Source of the DNA: a bacterium
GTDB lineage: Bacteria > Acidobacteriota > HRBIN11 > JAKEFK01
DNA length: 64,000 nucleotides
Assembly (NCBI GenBank): GCA_022616075.1
Contig: JAKEFK010000211.1
Location: 14,164 to 78,163 of the forward strand
Direction of reading: 5' to 3'
A program made the position numbers and the translations under genes. The notes below the pieces were generated by a model. It was given only the letters and a program-made list of their open reading frames with translations, did not search any database and was not told the origin of the DNA. Below, piece after piece: positions 48,534 to 59,144 of this stretch. Within the stretch, counting starts at the first letter, position 1; each line of letters begins with the position of its first letter.

Positions 48534-49615
48534 TGATGCTGAAAAGAACCCGAACGCCCGACAATTCCGAACGGTTCAATGGTAATGGTGCGAGCCGGAT
48601 CAGCGATTACATATCCCAGTTTGTGCGCAGCGTAACCCGCGCGGCCTGCGATTTCAGTGATCCTGTTATATTGCGCTGAATCATCAGAAGTAACAACAGC
48701 AAAACCAATGCCCATGTTGAATACGCGGAACATTTCCTCGTTCGAGATGCGGCCCGCTTGCTGTAGAAAACGGAAGATGGGAGGGGGATCAGGAAATTTT
48801 TCGATGCGGTAACCCACGGGCGCCGCCGTGCGAATCAAATTAAATAAACCATCGCCAGTGATATGGAAGAGTCCTTTTATCTCCGCCTTCTTCATCATCT
48901 CCAGGATTTCTTTCACGTAGATTCTTGTGGGCCGAAGCAATTCCTCACCAAGCGTTTTTCCGAACTCTTCGACATACTGATGAACAGAAAAATGATTCGC
49001 TTCGAAACAGATCTTGCGGGCAAGAGTATATCCATTGCTGTGAAGGCCATTGCTTTCCAGGCCGATTAGAATATCTCCATCGTTCAAGTGCTGCCCGATT
49101 ACAATTTTGTCCGGATCAACAGTGCCGATTGCTGTTCCAACAATGTCAAAACTGATTTTTCCCGGTTTTTGCGCAAGCAATCCAGCCACTTGAGCAATTT
49201 CACCACCGGAAAGATTGACGCCGGCCATTTCGCATCCCGCGTACAGTCCCCGGGCGACCTGCTCTAACAGTTTGGCGTTTGCTTCACTGACCGCGATGTA
49301 ATCGACCATGGAAACAGGGGTCGCCCCCACGCACAGGATGTCGTTGACGTTCATCGCGACACAATCAATTCCGACAGTGTCGTACTTATCCATGGCTTCA
49401 GCAACCAGCAATTTGGTTCCTACACCATCTGTGGAAAAGGCAATGCCGAGAGGGTAACCCAGAGGGCGAAGATCAATTACGTTTGCAAAATAGCCGATCG
49501 GAAGCAGAGGACGGCACAGATTCAAGGAAAACGTTCGGGTTACATGCTCTAAAAGGCGACTTAAACTGTCTTCCTTTTTTTGCGCGTCAACGCCCGCGGA
49601 TTTGTAATCCAGCAT
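48530..49615 (-). CDS. purM: Phosphoribosylformylglycinamidine cyclo-ligase
   Basis: YKSAGVD, TDGVGTKL, GIDCVAMNVND, SNGLHSNGYTL, HITGDG, FNMGIG. Confidence 0.93.
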   Translation of the reverse strand: MLDYKSAGVDAQKKEDSLSRLLEHVTRTFSLNLCRPLLPIGYFANVIDLRPLGYPLGIAFSTDGVGTKLLVAEAMDKYDTVGIDCVAMNVNDILCVGATPVSMVDYIAVSEANAKLLEQVARGLYAGCEMAGVNLSGGEIAQVAGLLAQKPGKISFDIVGTAIGTVDPDKIVIGQHLNDGDILIGLESNGLHSNGYTLARKICFEANHFSVHQYVEEFGKTLGEELLRPTRIYVKEILEMMKKAEIKGLFHITGDGLFNLIRTAAPVGYRIEKFPDPPPIFRFLQQAGRISNEEMFRVFNMGIGFAVVTSDDSAQYNRITEIAGRAGYAAHKLGYVIADPARTITIEPFGIVGRSGSFQHQ

Positions 49616-49629
49616 CCAGTCATTTTAGC

Positions 49630-49841
49630 GTAGTGGCAGAGCATTTGCTATTCTGCTCGAACAGATTCACTACTTCCAAGACACATCGACTAGCATGAAC
49701 AAATCATCATTACAGCAAATGCTCTGCAGCAGTTTTGAAATATAAGCAGAGCATTTTGTGCCGATACAGAATTTCAAGCAAAATTCTAGTTTAGACTCCA
49801 AACTATTCATGTGCGCTGGATGGAAAATGCTCTGCCACTAC
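49630..49841. mobile_element. 212-bp MITE/REPIN-like double-hairpin element, copy 2
   Basis: Same 17-bp terminal repeat GTAGTGGCAGAGCATTT and internal repeat pair as 19524-19733. Confidence 0.8.
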
Positions 49842-49858
49842 GTTGAATCTGTGAAGAA

Positions 49859-50836
49859 TTAAGCGTACCCATTCGGATGCGCTACCATCCACTTCCACGC
49901 GGAATCAATAATCGAGTTCAAATCCTGAAATTGCGGTTTCCATCCAAGCTCTTTTTGAATTCGGTCCGAAGAGGCAATGAGCACCGAAGGATCTCCGGGC
50001 CGGCGTTCGGTAATCCGCGATGGAATTGGATGGCCTGTGATTTTGCGCGCCGTATCCAGAACTTCTTTTACGCTGTAACCTTCTCCACCGCAACCCAGAT
50101 TAAAAATGGAATTCTTCGTATGCTCAGCATCCAAAGCCAGAATGTGAGCTCTTGCCAGATCAATTACATGAATATAATCGCGAACACAGGTGCCATCCCG
50201 CGTGGGATAATCATCCCCAAAAACATCCACAGAGGATTTCTTTCCCTGGGCAACTTGCAAGACTGCAGGGATGAGATGCGTTTCGGGAACGTGAACTTCC
50301 CCATTCAGTTCTGTGGCTCCCGCGGCATTAAAATAGCGAAGGCTCGTGTATTTAAACCCATACAATTCACTGTACCATTGCAGCATCTTTTCAAAGGTTA
50401 GTTTCGTTTCCCCGTAAGGGTTTGTCGGCTGTGCAGGATCGTTTTCCTCAATTGGTTGTTTCGAAGGCTCCCCGTACACCGCAGCGGTTGAAGAAAAAAC
50501 AAGATTGTTAACGCCGCAATCGCACATGGTATTCAACAAAGCCACGCTCGCTTCAACATTGTTCCCGTAATAATCTCGTGGCTTTTGCATCGATTCTCCC
50601 ACCAGGGAGAAAGCAGCCATATGAATCACCGCTTCGATTTTGCGATCTTGTAACGTTTTTCGCACAACATTCCGGTCGAGCAATTCACCTTGCACAAAGT
50701 ACGCACCCGAACACACCGCATTTCGATGCCCTTTGCTAAGATTATCAAGAACCGTCACTTCGTGGCCGGCATTCAGCAATTCTTCCGTGATAACGCTTCC
50801 TATATATCCAGCCCCTCCGGTTACCAGCACACGCAT
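49859..50836 (-). CDS. galE: UDP-glucose 4-epimerase
   Basis: VTGGAGYIGS, FSSTAAVYG, NPYGETK, LRYFNAAGA, PETHLIP, DGTCVRDYIHV. Confidence 0.95.
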   Translation of the reverse strand: MRVLVTGGAGYIGSVITEELLNAGHEVTVLDNLSKGHRNAVCSGAYFVQGELLDRNVVRKTLQDRKIEAVIHMAAFSLVGESMQKPRDYYGNNVEASVALLNTMCDCGVNNLVFSSTAAVYGEPSKQPIEENDPAQPTNPYGETKLTFEKMLQWYSELYGFKYTSLRYFNAAGATELNGEVHVPETHLIPAVLQVAQGKKSSVDVFGDDYPTRDGTCVRDYIHVIDLARAHILALDAEHTKNSIFNLGCGGEGYSVKEVLDTARKITGHPIPSRITERRPGDPSVLIASSDRIQKELGWKPQFQDLNSIIDSAWKWMVAHPNGYA

Positions 50837-50856
50837 CGCACTCCCCCTTAATTTCT

Positions 50857-51765
50857 TCACTCTATCGCGGGTTCATATTGAAGATTTACGTTTACAAAAA
50901 CAGGATCGGACGATTTTAAATCCGGATTGTAATAAAGAGATTGTGGAGCAGGATCTGTATGCTTTAGCAGTCGACTTCCCTCACCGGCCTGTTGTTCGAC
51001 AGAGGTCAATGTTGAACCAGCTCCGCCTTCCAGCTCCAAGCGCCCGACCGCCTTTCCCCATTGCTTCTCCCACGTGGCAACTTGCGCGGCAGAAATTCGC
51101 GCTGGCTGATTGCCGATATTCAATTCTTGCAGCGGCTCTGGTGTGATAAAGACGCTGAGTATTTCGGCAATCTGATCGGGTCGGCCCGGAGTTAATGTAA
51201 AGTAGGGCGGCTTGTCACTTTCACCGGGAATCACAATCATTCGGCCAAGCGTCGTGCGGTTATATCCACTGGTGAGACGAGCGGTTGGAAATATCAAGTA
51301 AGGTTCACCGGTTGTGCCATCCCTGTATTGCTCACGATTCAACACGTAAAGATATCCGTCCCGCGCTGCTTCGATTGCGATTCGCACACGATCTCCTTTC
51401 GAGAGTATCCTGTTCCCTTCCACCCGTTCCGCGGAGAGCCGCTCGTTGCCGATCAAAATGCCGGCTTCATCCTCTTCAGCAGGACGAAAACGCCAGATCG
51501 TAATTCCGACAACACTTTCTTGCGCAACATTCTCTGTCACTACTTCCGGAGTTGTAACTTTGTATTCAGGCTTTTTGTTCGGCTTCGAAGCTGGAGCCGG
51601 TTTCGTCTTTTTGGCCGGAGCAGCTTGCTCCTCTTTTTTGACCGGTGGCTTCTCCTCTTTTTTGATAAAAGCTTCGGCCCAGATTCTGCGCGTTTCATCT
51701 TCCGCTGCCGCAATCGAAATAGAAAAAAGAATAAAAACAATCAAGAACAATAAGTTCTGTTTCAT
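50857..51765 (-). CDS. Secreted DUF4384-domain protein
   Basis: Signal peptide, Pro/Lys linker, GDRVRI.IE..RDGYLYVLN...LIFP motif. Confidence 0.75.
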   Translation of the reverse strand: MKQNLLFLIVFILFSISIAAAEDETRRIWAEAFIKKEEKPPVKKEEQAAPAKKTKPAPASKPNKKPEYKVTTPEVVTENVAQESVVGITIWRFRPAEEDEAGILIGNERLSAERVEGNRILSKGDRVRIAIEAARDGYLYVLNREQYRDGTTGEPYLIFPTARLTSGYNRTTLGRMIVIPGESDKPPYFTLTPGRPDQIAEILSVFITPEPLQELNIGNQPARISAAQVATWEKQWGKAVGRLELEGGAGSTLTSVEQQAGEGSRLLKHTDPAPQSLYYNPDLKSSDPVFVNVNLQYEPAIE

Positions 51766-53370
51766 TTAATGATGCTCCAGCAACAATTGGTAAAGTAATA
51801 GATCTCCTTTAGCTTTCAATAGAGTTTGATTTTTTTCGAAGTCTCTTTTCGATTCTGTTTTGTCCGGTGAATGATTTTGGAAGAAGGTCGTAACCGTCCG
51901 GATCATTGCAAGATCCGTGATGGATCCGAATTTTTCAGGATTGGCGACACTTTTGACGGATTCCAGTTCGGGAACCAGCTTCGGAGAGAACACCATCCAG
52001 ATTTTCTCTGTTCCCTGTTCTTCATCAAATATGAACCAGTCTTTCCCGGGAATCTTGATTTCCTGGTTCTGCATCAGATGCGCAGACCCATTGTTGTTCA
52101 ATGTGGATGGAAAAAGGACAATAAATCCTCCTGGTCCCTCATTCATCAAGTACAGATACCCGGATTTCGGGGCCGTCACGAACAACTGGATACGATGACC
52201 TTTTTTGAAGAGAACCTCTTTTGGCAGGCGAAAAGGTTTAGCATCATCCGTTTCCTGTAACATCATGTGATAGTTCAAAGTGATTTCAGGCAATGGAGCA
52301 GGAGAAGGAATTATGGGAGCCGGCTTATCTGAGGAACGAAATGCCCAAAATGCAATCAGAACTGCCACTACGACCAGCAATAAATTTAATGCAATTCCAA
52401 CTCTGGAAATTTTTCTGCCGGGAATTCCAGTGTCTTTTGTCTTCGCTCCCGAAACCCGCTCTTCTAATCGCGCAGTCGGCGCTACGTTTGAGTCCTGACG
52501 CAAAGCCCTTTGCAATTGTTCACCAAAATCGCGGGCACGTTTATATCTCTTGTCGGGATCAAAGGAAAGAGCTTTTAAAATCACGGCCTGTGCGGTTTCC
52601 GGGAGCTCCGGGCGCAGATTCTTTGGCGGTTCCTTGACTCCTGTGCGATGCATTTCCACTAACTGAAAAAGATTCTGAGCTGGAAAAGGTTTTTTTCCGG
52701 TAAGCATTTCATAAGCGACTATACCCAGAGAAAAAATATCGCTCGCTGTCGTGGGTGTGCCGGTCAACTGCTCGGGCGCCATGTATTCCATCGTTCCGGC
52801 TATTTTGGTTGGCTCAGCAGAAGTAACGTTGGAGTCACGAATTTTCGCTATTCCAAAATCAATGAGCTTCACAATCTCCTCACCCGGATGCGGCATTTGC
52901 AGCATAATATTCTCCGGTTTTAGATCGCAGTGAAGCACGCCCTTGTCGTGCGCCGCTGTCAGCGCCCGCCCCACCTGATCAATGATGCGAGCAGCCTCAT
53001 CGAAATTGAGATGATTCTCCTGGCGGGTGAGTACCGATCGCAGATTCACACCTTCTACAAACTGCATGACCACGAATAACTGGCCATTGGGCATCTCGCC
53101 TGTATCAAAAATTCCCACAACTCCAGGGTGTTCGATGCGGACAAGCGCTTCAATCTCCTGCCGGAATTTTTTCGTGAGCCAATCTTCGGCCGCTGCATCC
53201 CTCAGTACTTTGATTACAACAGGCCGGTTGTGCAGCTGTGTGTCATGAGCCAGATACACTACGCCCATTCCACCCTTGCCCAGTTCTTGCTGCAGCTTGT
53301 ACCGGTTCTTGATCAGCTGGCCATATTTGGGCGTTTCCGAAAACGCAAACGTCTGCTCCGAATCTGTCAT
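51766..53370 (-). CDS. Membrane Ser/Thr kinase with extracytoplasmic DUF4384 domain
   Basis: GKGGMG, HCDLKPEN, DFG, GTMEYMAPE; one TM helix; GHRIQL....SGYLYLMN...VLFP. Confidence 0.88.
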   Translation of the reverse strand: MTDSEQTFAFSETPKYGQLIKNRYKLQQELGKGGMGVVYLAHDTQLHNRPVVIKVLRDAAAEDWLTKKFRQEIEALVRIEHPGVVGIFDTGEMPNGQLFVVMQFVEGVNLRSVLTRQENHLNFDEAARIIDQVGRALTAAHDKGVLHCDLKPENIMLQMPHPGEEIVKLIDFGIAKIRDSNVTSAEPTKIAGTMEYMAPEQLTGTPTTASDIFSLGIVAYEMLTGKKPFPAQNLFQLVEMHRTGVKEPPKNLRPELPETAQAVILKALSFDPDKRYKRARDFGEQLQRALRQDSNVAPTARLEERVSGAKTKDTGIPGRKISRVGIALNLLLVVVAVLIAFWAFRSSDKPAPIIPSPAPLPEITLNYHMMLQETDDAKPFRLPKEVLFKKGHRIQLFVTAPKSGYLYLMNEGPGGFIVLFPSTLNNNGSAHLMQNQEIKIPGKDWFIFDEEQGTEKIWMVFSPKLVPELESVKSVANPEKFGSITDLAMIRTVTTFFQNHSPDKTESKRDFEKNQTLLKAKGDLLLYQLLLEHH

Positions 53371-53373
53371 TTC

Positions 53374-55952
53374 TTATTGCTTTAATATAAGGAAGGGATC
53401 ATATTCCAATCCGCGGCGGTAGAACACTCGCGGTTGCTGCACCGTTCGAAGCCGGAAGTTTTGAATGCTTTCTTCGCCATCCACAAACGCAATTTCATGC
53501 TTGAGCAATCTTGCCTCTTGCATCTTTTCCGATTGCATTTCCGGAACACGTTGAGCAGCATAGTTCAACCATTCCTGAGCGAATACCTGGCCATCCTGCG
53601 GAGAATTGTCAGCGGACAAAGTCTTGATTCCTTCTTCGATCAGCGCATAAGTAAGATAGCCATGGCCCAGCCTTGCAGCTTCGAGAGCTGCCTGATAACC
53701 CTGCGACGCAGCAAGAATGTACATTCCTTTTTCATACGCAAGTTGAGCAAGACCTTTCGCGTTCATCGGACCGCGCCTTTTTTCCTGCGATTCCAGCGCC
53801 TGTCCGGAATTGCACGCATCAATGACCAGCAAAGTCTGGCTTGCGCCCACGGTTTCCAGAATCTCTTCCAGTTCTTCATCTGAGATTGCCTGCTGAATCA
53901 TGCTTTGAAAAGCGATATCATCCATTTGAGCCCGTGATCCAGTATACCCAAGGTCATGCGGAACCATATAGAAATGCGCCTTGTCAGCGGTTCCATGGCC
54001 GGCATAATAGACGATCAGAGCGTCCTCCGGTTCCGCGCGCCGAACTCCTTCTCCAAAAGCTTTCAGCGCGGAAAGAATGTTGGATTTAGTCGCTTGTTGA
54101 TCGAACAATGAAATCACTTCCACTTTTTCAAATTCCGCCAGCCGTGTTTGAGACTGTTTAAGGTTCTCACTGAATACCTGCGCATCCGCAACAGCAAATT
54201 TAAGATTAAAATCCGCATTCGCGTACTCATTGATACCGATTGCCACAATGTATACAACGCCTTTTCGCTTCAGATTTTCACCGCCCTTTATCTTAAGATA
54301 GCCGTCCATACTCTTCACATCATCGTGATTAAAAGCGTAAGCCACGAGTCGATTTTCACCGGCAACTAACGGCAATGTTGTTTCCAGTGTTTTTCCAGGT
54401 TGCCCTTGCAAAACATCTCCGCGCCACGCCTTCACGAGAGATCCGTTTCGAAAAAGCCGAACGTCCTGCGCCCCGCTTCCTTTGGGATTTTGCGCATCTG
54501 CCGCCGCTTCCTTTACCTCAATTTGAACGATGGCATTGCGGGAATCCCCCTTCGATTGAGAGCTGATCTTAACAACCGGTTGCCTCCGGTCCAGTTTCGA
54601 AATGTCACGGGGCGCTTGTGGCGGGGTGGCCGCAAAAACTTCAGAAAACAGGCCCGGATAGTAAAACTCATTAAAGAAGGTTTCCACCGGCGCTAAATCG
54701 AAAGTGTTTTGGGAAAATCTCCAAAGGATTTGATTCCAGGCCCCCGGCGAGCCGTCAAAAAGGCCGTCCGGTGTTGCAACCAGCCATTCGGTCGTGTAAT
54801 GCAAACCGGGGAACTCCATCAAGGTCGCACGCAAAGTTCCATTGGATAAATCGCAGATCGACCGGCTTCCATCCCGAATCAAGCTGATAAGAAACTTTCC
54901 GTCCACTGTAAAGGCCAGCGCATCAATGCGATTATTGTGCGGCAATGTTCTCAAATGTTTTTCCTGTATTCGTTTCATAAAAATGCACCATATAACCCGG
55001 GTCCTGCGAGCTGATCGCGATCAGAGAACGATCCGGACTAAAAGCAAAAACAGGGTGGACACGATTGGGGGACCCGAACATTGACATCGGACTGGTATTA
55101 TCGGTTTGAACCGGATCATTGCTGACCCTGATCGTTGAAATTCGACGGCCTGTTGCTATCTCGTAAATCTTTACGGAAGGAAACATCTGATCCGTATCTT
55201 CAATTGCCATCAGAGTTCCATCTTTGCTGAAAATCATTCGGTGCGTTTCCTCATCCCCAAAACCCGCAATATGAACTTCACCTTCTTTTTGTTCAACCTG
55301 ACGCTTTTCCGTTGCAATGGTTTGGATCTGATTTCCGTTCTGCAGGTCGAAAATCTTAATCTCATACGGAGATTGCTGTGGCATGGCCTTCTCCCCACTC
55401 AAGCTCTTGGCCATTTCTTTTTGCATCTTCTCCATTTGCTTCTGCAGCTCTTTCATTTGTTTCTTATCCATCTTTCCGCCTGACATTTGCGGCATCTGCA
55501 TACCTCCAGGCATCGCTATGACGTCAAACATTGAGGGTGTTGCAGAAGCTGCCCTCCCACCCATCGCAAAATACCGGCCGGACACATCAAAGAGACTCGC
55601 ATCAATTGCCGCGATTTCTCCAATCGTGAAACTTCGCAGGATCGTTCCAGTTTTCACTTCTATGATTCTGATTTCGTTTTTGATCTTCATTGCCAACCAG
55701 GAACCATCCAGTCCAAATGCAAGCTCCTTCGGAAAAGATCCCTTGAAGGAAGATTTGCTGAGAACGCTCCATTTTGACTGTGGAATCCTGTCCACCCGAA
55801 ACGAGCCAACGTCCATCAGGACTGATGGTAAGAGTCAAAATGGAACCGGTATGGCCGGTCTGTAAAACGAGCTCGGGTCTTGTATCTGCAGCTTCTAAAA
55901 GCGTACCAATCAAAAGAAAGAGTGCTATCCAATGGAATTTAGAAGGTCGCAT
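53374..55952 (-). pseudogene. Secreted WD40-repeat + caspase (peptidase C14) gene split by two frameshifts
   Basis: Three consecutive ORFs join at an A4 run (55772-55775) and an A5 run (54958-54962). His (YAGHG) and Cys (IDACNSG) dyad intact. Confidence 0.8.
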
Positions 55953-55974
55953 GTTACCCACCCCTCAGCTCAAC

Positions 55975-56026
55975 GTAGCGCGGGCGTCCCGCCTGCGGAA
56001 CTGCGCAGACGAAACGTACGCGCTAC
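55975..56026. repeat. REPIN-like doublet GTAGCGCGGGCGTCCCGCCTGCG...CGCAGACGAAACGTACGCGCTAC
   Basis: Inverted arms starting with GTAG; same family as 378 and 62107. Confidence 0.88.
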
Positions 56027-56068
56027 ATTCTCTATTGTACTGAAAAAGAGTACTTGTGCCGCAGGAAT

Positions 56069-56107
56069 AAAAAAAAATAAAGGGGCGATGCAATGCATCG
56101 CCCCTTT
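56069..56107 (-). terminator. Intrinsic terminator of the TonB-dependent receptor gene
   Basis: 13-bp stem AAAGGGGCGATGC / GCATCGCCCCTTT followed by a U-run on the minus strand. Confidence 0.88.
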
Positions 56108-56121
56108 GTGTGGAAGAGGTT

Positions 56122-59079
56122 TTAGAAACTGTACTTGAACCCTAAACGGACCGCGCGTGGAGAAAGATTCTCCTGCAGGTCGTTGAAGGTTGCAGTAGTA
56201 ACGCGTCGTTGTCTTTGGACAACTGTGTTCGAATTGGTAACGTTAAACACGTCCAAAGCCAATGTAACGCGACCGTAATTGGAAAGTTCAAACACCTTCT
56301 GAACATTAAGATCGAGTGTGAAGAGGTTGTCGTAACGACGTTCTCCGATGGGTTCGAGCAGGATCAACCTTGCATCACCGTAGAAGTTCAACAGATTTCC
56401 GGAAGAAATCTGTGCAAACAACGGTTGGGGGAAGCCCTGCTGATAACGGACGAACCCGCCTGCGCTGAGGTCCCACGGGAACTGATAGATACCGCTTGCG
56501 CGGAAAGTCCATTCAGCGAACGGGAACACACCAGTCTTACCGCTGCCGCCGCTTGCAAATGCATACGGCTGCTCGTCGTAGAAGCTGACGAGTGTCGGAT
56601 CGGCATAGACTGCGCGCGAAGCAATTCCATCACCGGTCACAACGAAGAAAGAATCGCCACCATCATAGTGCGCCTTCTGGCGTTGCAACGTGACGAAAGC
56701 GTTCAACATGAAATTGTTGCTCATACGCTTCCTGATTCCAAGGTCAACACCATTGTAGGTTTGCGTATAGCCATCAATTGTTTTCAGCAGTTGGGAGCCA
56801 TCGTGTTCGAAGGTGATATCGCTGAAAGGAATGGAAACTTGCCCGGTCACCGGATGATTGAAAGTAAATACTCCGGCTGGAGCGTAATCCTCAGCAGTTA
56901 CACCAAACGGAACTACCTGAGTGAAGTTATCATACGTGCGATGTGTAAAGGAAACGTACGCAGCAAGATCCTTGACAACTTCACGTTCGAAACCGACAAC
57001 AAATTCGTCGGTAACAGCAGATTCAATATTACCGATTTTGGTGAACTCATCGAATCCTTCCTGAGTGAATGGGCCAGGACGTGCGCCACCATAATACCCA
57101 CCAACTGAGTCGATCTCGTTAGGATCAATCAGACGGTCGCCGTTCAGGTTCGTGTAATAAAGAATCACACCGTTATAAACATAGGTTGGATTGGCGTACT
57201 GATCGTAGAACGGGACATAACCATCGTAATAGCGGGCATAGTTGCCGCGAACAATGGTCCTGCCATCGCCGCTAATATCGTACGTTGCTCCTAACCGCGG
57301 AGAAATGTCTGTGTATACATCACTCCGGTCATTTCCTGCAAAATCTACGCCGGAAATGAACTGTTCGAATCCGCCGGGTGCCGGAATGGATGACGCCTGG
57401 TTTTCACCGGACGCGCTATCCACACGGAAGCCGAGGTTCAGCGTCAACCGATCCATGCGCCATGTATCAGTCACGTATCCACTGGCACGGTAATAATTCA
57501 TCGTGCCATTAAGGAAGCGCTGAGCATAGATAGCTCCGTAGGTCAATGGACCATTCGCTACGGTCTGGCCGTAATCAACAATCAACGCGCCATTTCCATA
57601 GCTGCTGAATGTATGACCTTCGGAAGCCTTGTATTCGAATCCAAACTTGAACTCGTGATCGCCACCCAACCAGCTCTCTCTGAACCAGTTCACGTCAGCA
57701 TTGAAATCATGGGACGGACGATCAATCGGGCTCACGTTAAAAGATGTATCTTCCCAATGCGGAATGCTGGCTAGATAGATCATCGGAATTTCGCAAGGTG
57801 TACTGGGTGCACAGTTTCCACCATTGGGAGCGAGTTCAAAGCTTAATCCAATGTAGCCATAGCGGCCATTGATGATCGTGTGATCATTGGGAATGAAGGT
57901 ATGCTGAGCGGTCCAGATCCCTTCCAGGATCGTTCCGGGGCTTCCCTGTTGCCACAATGTTTCTTCCGCTTGAGTCGGCGGATCGAAACCACGACCATCT
58001 TTTTCCTTGGCTCCGTCAAAGTATCCAAATTGAGATTCGTTTGCGGAGTTTGCATTGAAATTCACTTTGAAATTCAGATCCGTTAACTTCGTTTTGTCAC
58101 TGAGTGATTGTCCGGTAAAAGGATTCGTCACTCTTGTGAACAAATCGATCTGGTTTCTACGCCAGGCGCCCCATGCAAAGAGTCTGTCTTTTACAACAGG
58201 ACCGCCGATATCGAAACCCACGTCATAAACCTGATCGATTCTGTTCGAACGAAGCACACCAAGTTCGATCAACTCATCAGGTGTGTTATCACTCTGAAGA
58301 GAATCGTTTACAAAATAGTAAGAAGCGTTTGCTTCCCACTTATTTCCAGCACGTTTTGTAACGAGGTTAACAACAACACCTTTCGATCCCACGGAAGCAT
58401 CCATGCCGCCACTTTGAATCTGGATTTCTTCAAAGGCGTCGAAATCATAGTAAGTGGGGGAAGCTCCCAGGGATAAAGGATCTGTTGCGTTGACACCGTC
58501 ATAGTTCCAGCCGTTATCTGTATCGGCTGCGCCGCGCGCAAAGAAGCCGGTCTGCTGACCGGATTCGGAACCGGCAATGTTTACGCGATCATTGTCGACT
58601 CCGGGAGTCTGCTCAATAATGACCCAGGGATCGCGTCCCGAAGGTACTTTGTCCAGATACTCACGATTGAAAGTAGATTCATTACCCGTTTTCTTTGTAT
58701 CGACAACGGGTGTTTCCGCCACAACCACGAACTCTTCGGTTAAGGTTGGTCTCAATGTGATGTCCAATTGGACTCCACCGCCAACACTTACCCGAATTTC
58801 CTCCTGTCTAACTTCCGTAAATCCTTCGATACCGAAGGTTGCAGAGTAGATACCGGGAGGAAGGTTCGCAAAACGAAAACCACCGGTTGGACCGGTCGTC
58901 GCAGTTTGCGGCTGAATCTCATTTGATTCCAATGTAACAGTCACGCCGGGCAGAGGGGCCCCCTTTTCATCTATTACTTTGCCGTAAATCGATCCTGCTC
59001 TGGTAGAAACTTGTGCCATCACAGGAGCTACAGCAAGTGCTAGAAGCGCAATTGCTACGAGGAATATTTTAAGCTTCAT
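56122..59079 (-). CDS. Oar-like TonB-dependent receptor with carboxypeptidase-regulatory-like N-terminal domain
   Basis: Signal peptide, GAPLPGVTVTL, PSGRDPW..I..TPGV, VNLVTKRAGN, beta-barrel, terminal YSF. Confidence 0.92.
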   Translation of the reverse strand: MKLKIFLVAIALLALAVAPVMAQVSTRAGSIYGKVIDEKGAPLPGVTVTLESNEIQPQTATTGPTGGFRFANLPPGIYSATFGIEGFTEVRQEEIRVSVGGGVQLDITLRPTLTEEFVVVAETPVVDTKKTGNESTFNREYLDKVPSGRDPWVIIEQTPGVDNDRVNIAGSESGQQTGFFARGAADTDNGWNYDGVNATDPLSLGASPTYYDFDAFEEIQIQSGGMDASVGSKGVVVNLVTKRAGNKWEANASYYFVNDSLQSDNTPDELIELGVLRSNRIDQVYDVGFDIGGPVVKDRLFAWGAWRRNQIDLFTRVTNPFTGQSLSDKTKLTDLNFKVNFNANSANESQFGYFDGAKEKDGRGFDPPTQAEETLWQQGSPGTILEGIWTAQHTFIPNDHTIINGRYGYIGLSFELAPNGGNCAPSTPCEIPMIYLASIPHWEDTSFNVSPIDRPSHDFNADVNWFRESWLGGDHEFKFGFEYKASEGHTFSSYGNGALIVDYGQTVANGPLTYGAIYAQRFLNGTMNYYRASGYVTDTWRMDRLTLNLGFRVDSASGENQASSIPAPGGFEQFISGVDFAGNDRSDVYTDISPRLGATYDISGDGRTIVRGNYARYYDGYVPFYDQYANPTYVYNGVILYYTNLNGDRLIDPNEIDSVGGYYGGARPGPFTQEGFDEFTKIGNIESAVTDEFVVGFEREVVKDLAAYVSFTHRTYDNFTQVVPFGVTAEDYAPAGVFTFNHPVTGQVSIPFSDITFEHDGSQLLKTIDGYTQTYNGVDLGIRKRMSNNFMLNAFVTLQRQKAHYDGGDSFFVVTGDGIASRAVYADPTLVSFYDEQPYAFASGGSGKTGVFPFAEWTFRASGIYQFPWDLSAGGFVRYQQGFPQPLFAQISSGNLLNFYGDARLILLEPIGERRYDNLFTLDLNVQKVFELSNYGRVTLALDVFNVTNSNTVVQRQRRVTTATFNDLQENLSPRAVRLGFKYSF

Positions 59080-59128
59080 ACGCTCCTCCTAATGAGAGTT
59101 AATGTGTGTTCAAGAACGACCTCCTTTT

Positions 59129-59144
59129 CGCAAGAGTCGTGCCA
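59129..59144 (-). promoter_or_regulatory. Sigma54 (-24/-12) promoter of the TonB-dependent receptor
   Basis: TGGCAC-GACTC-TTGCG on the minus strand, 50 nt upstream of the ATG. Confidence 0.8.
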
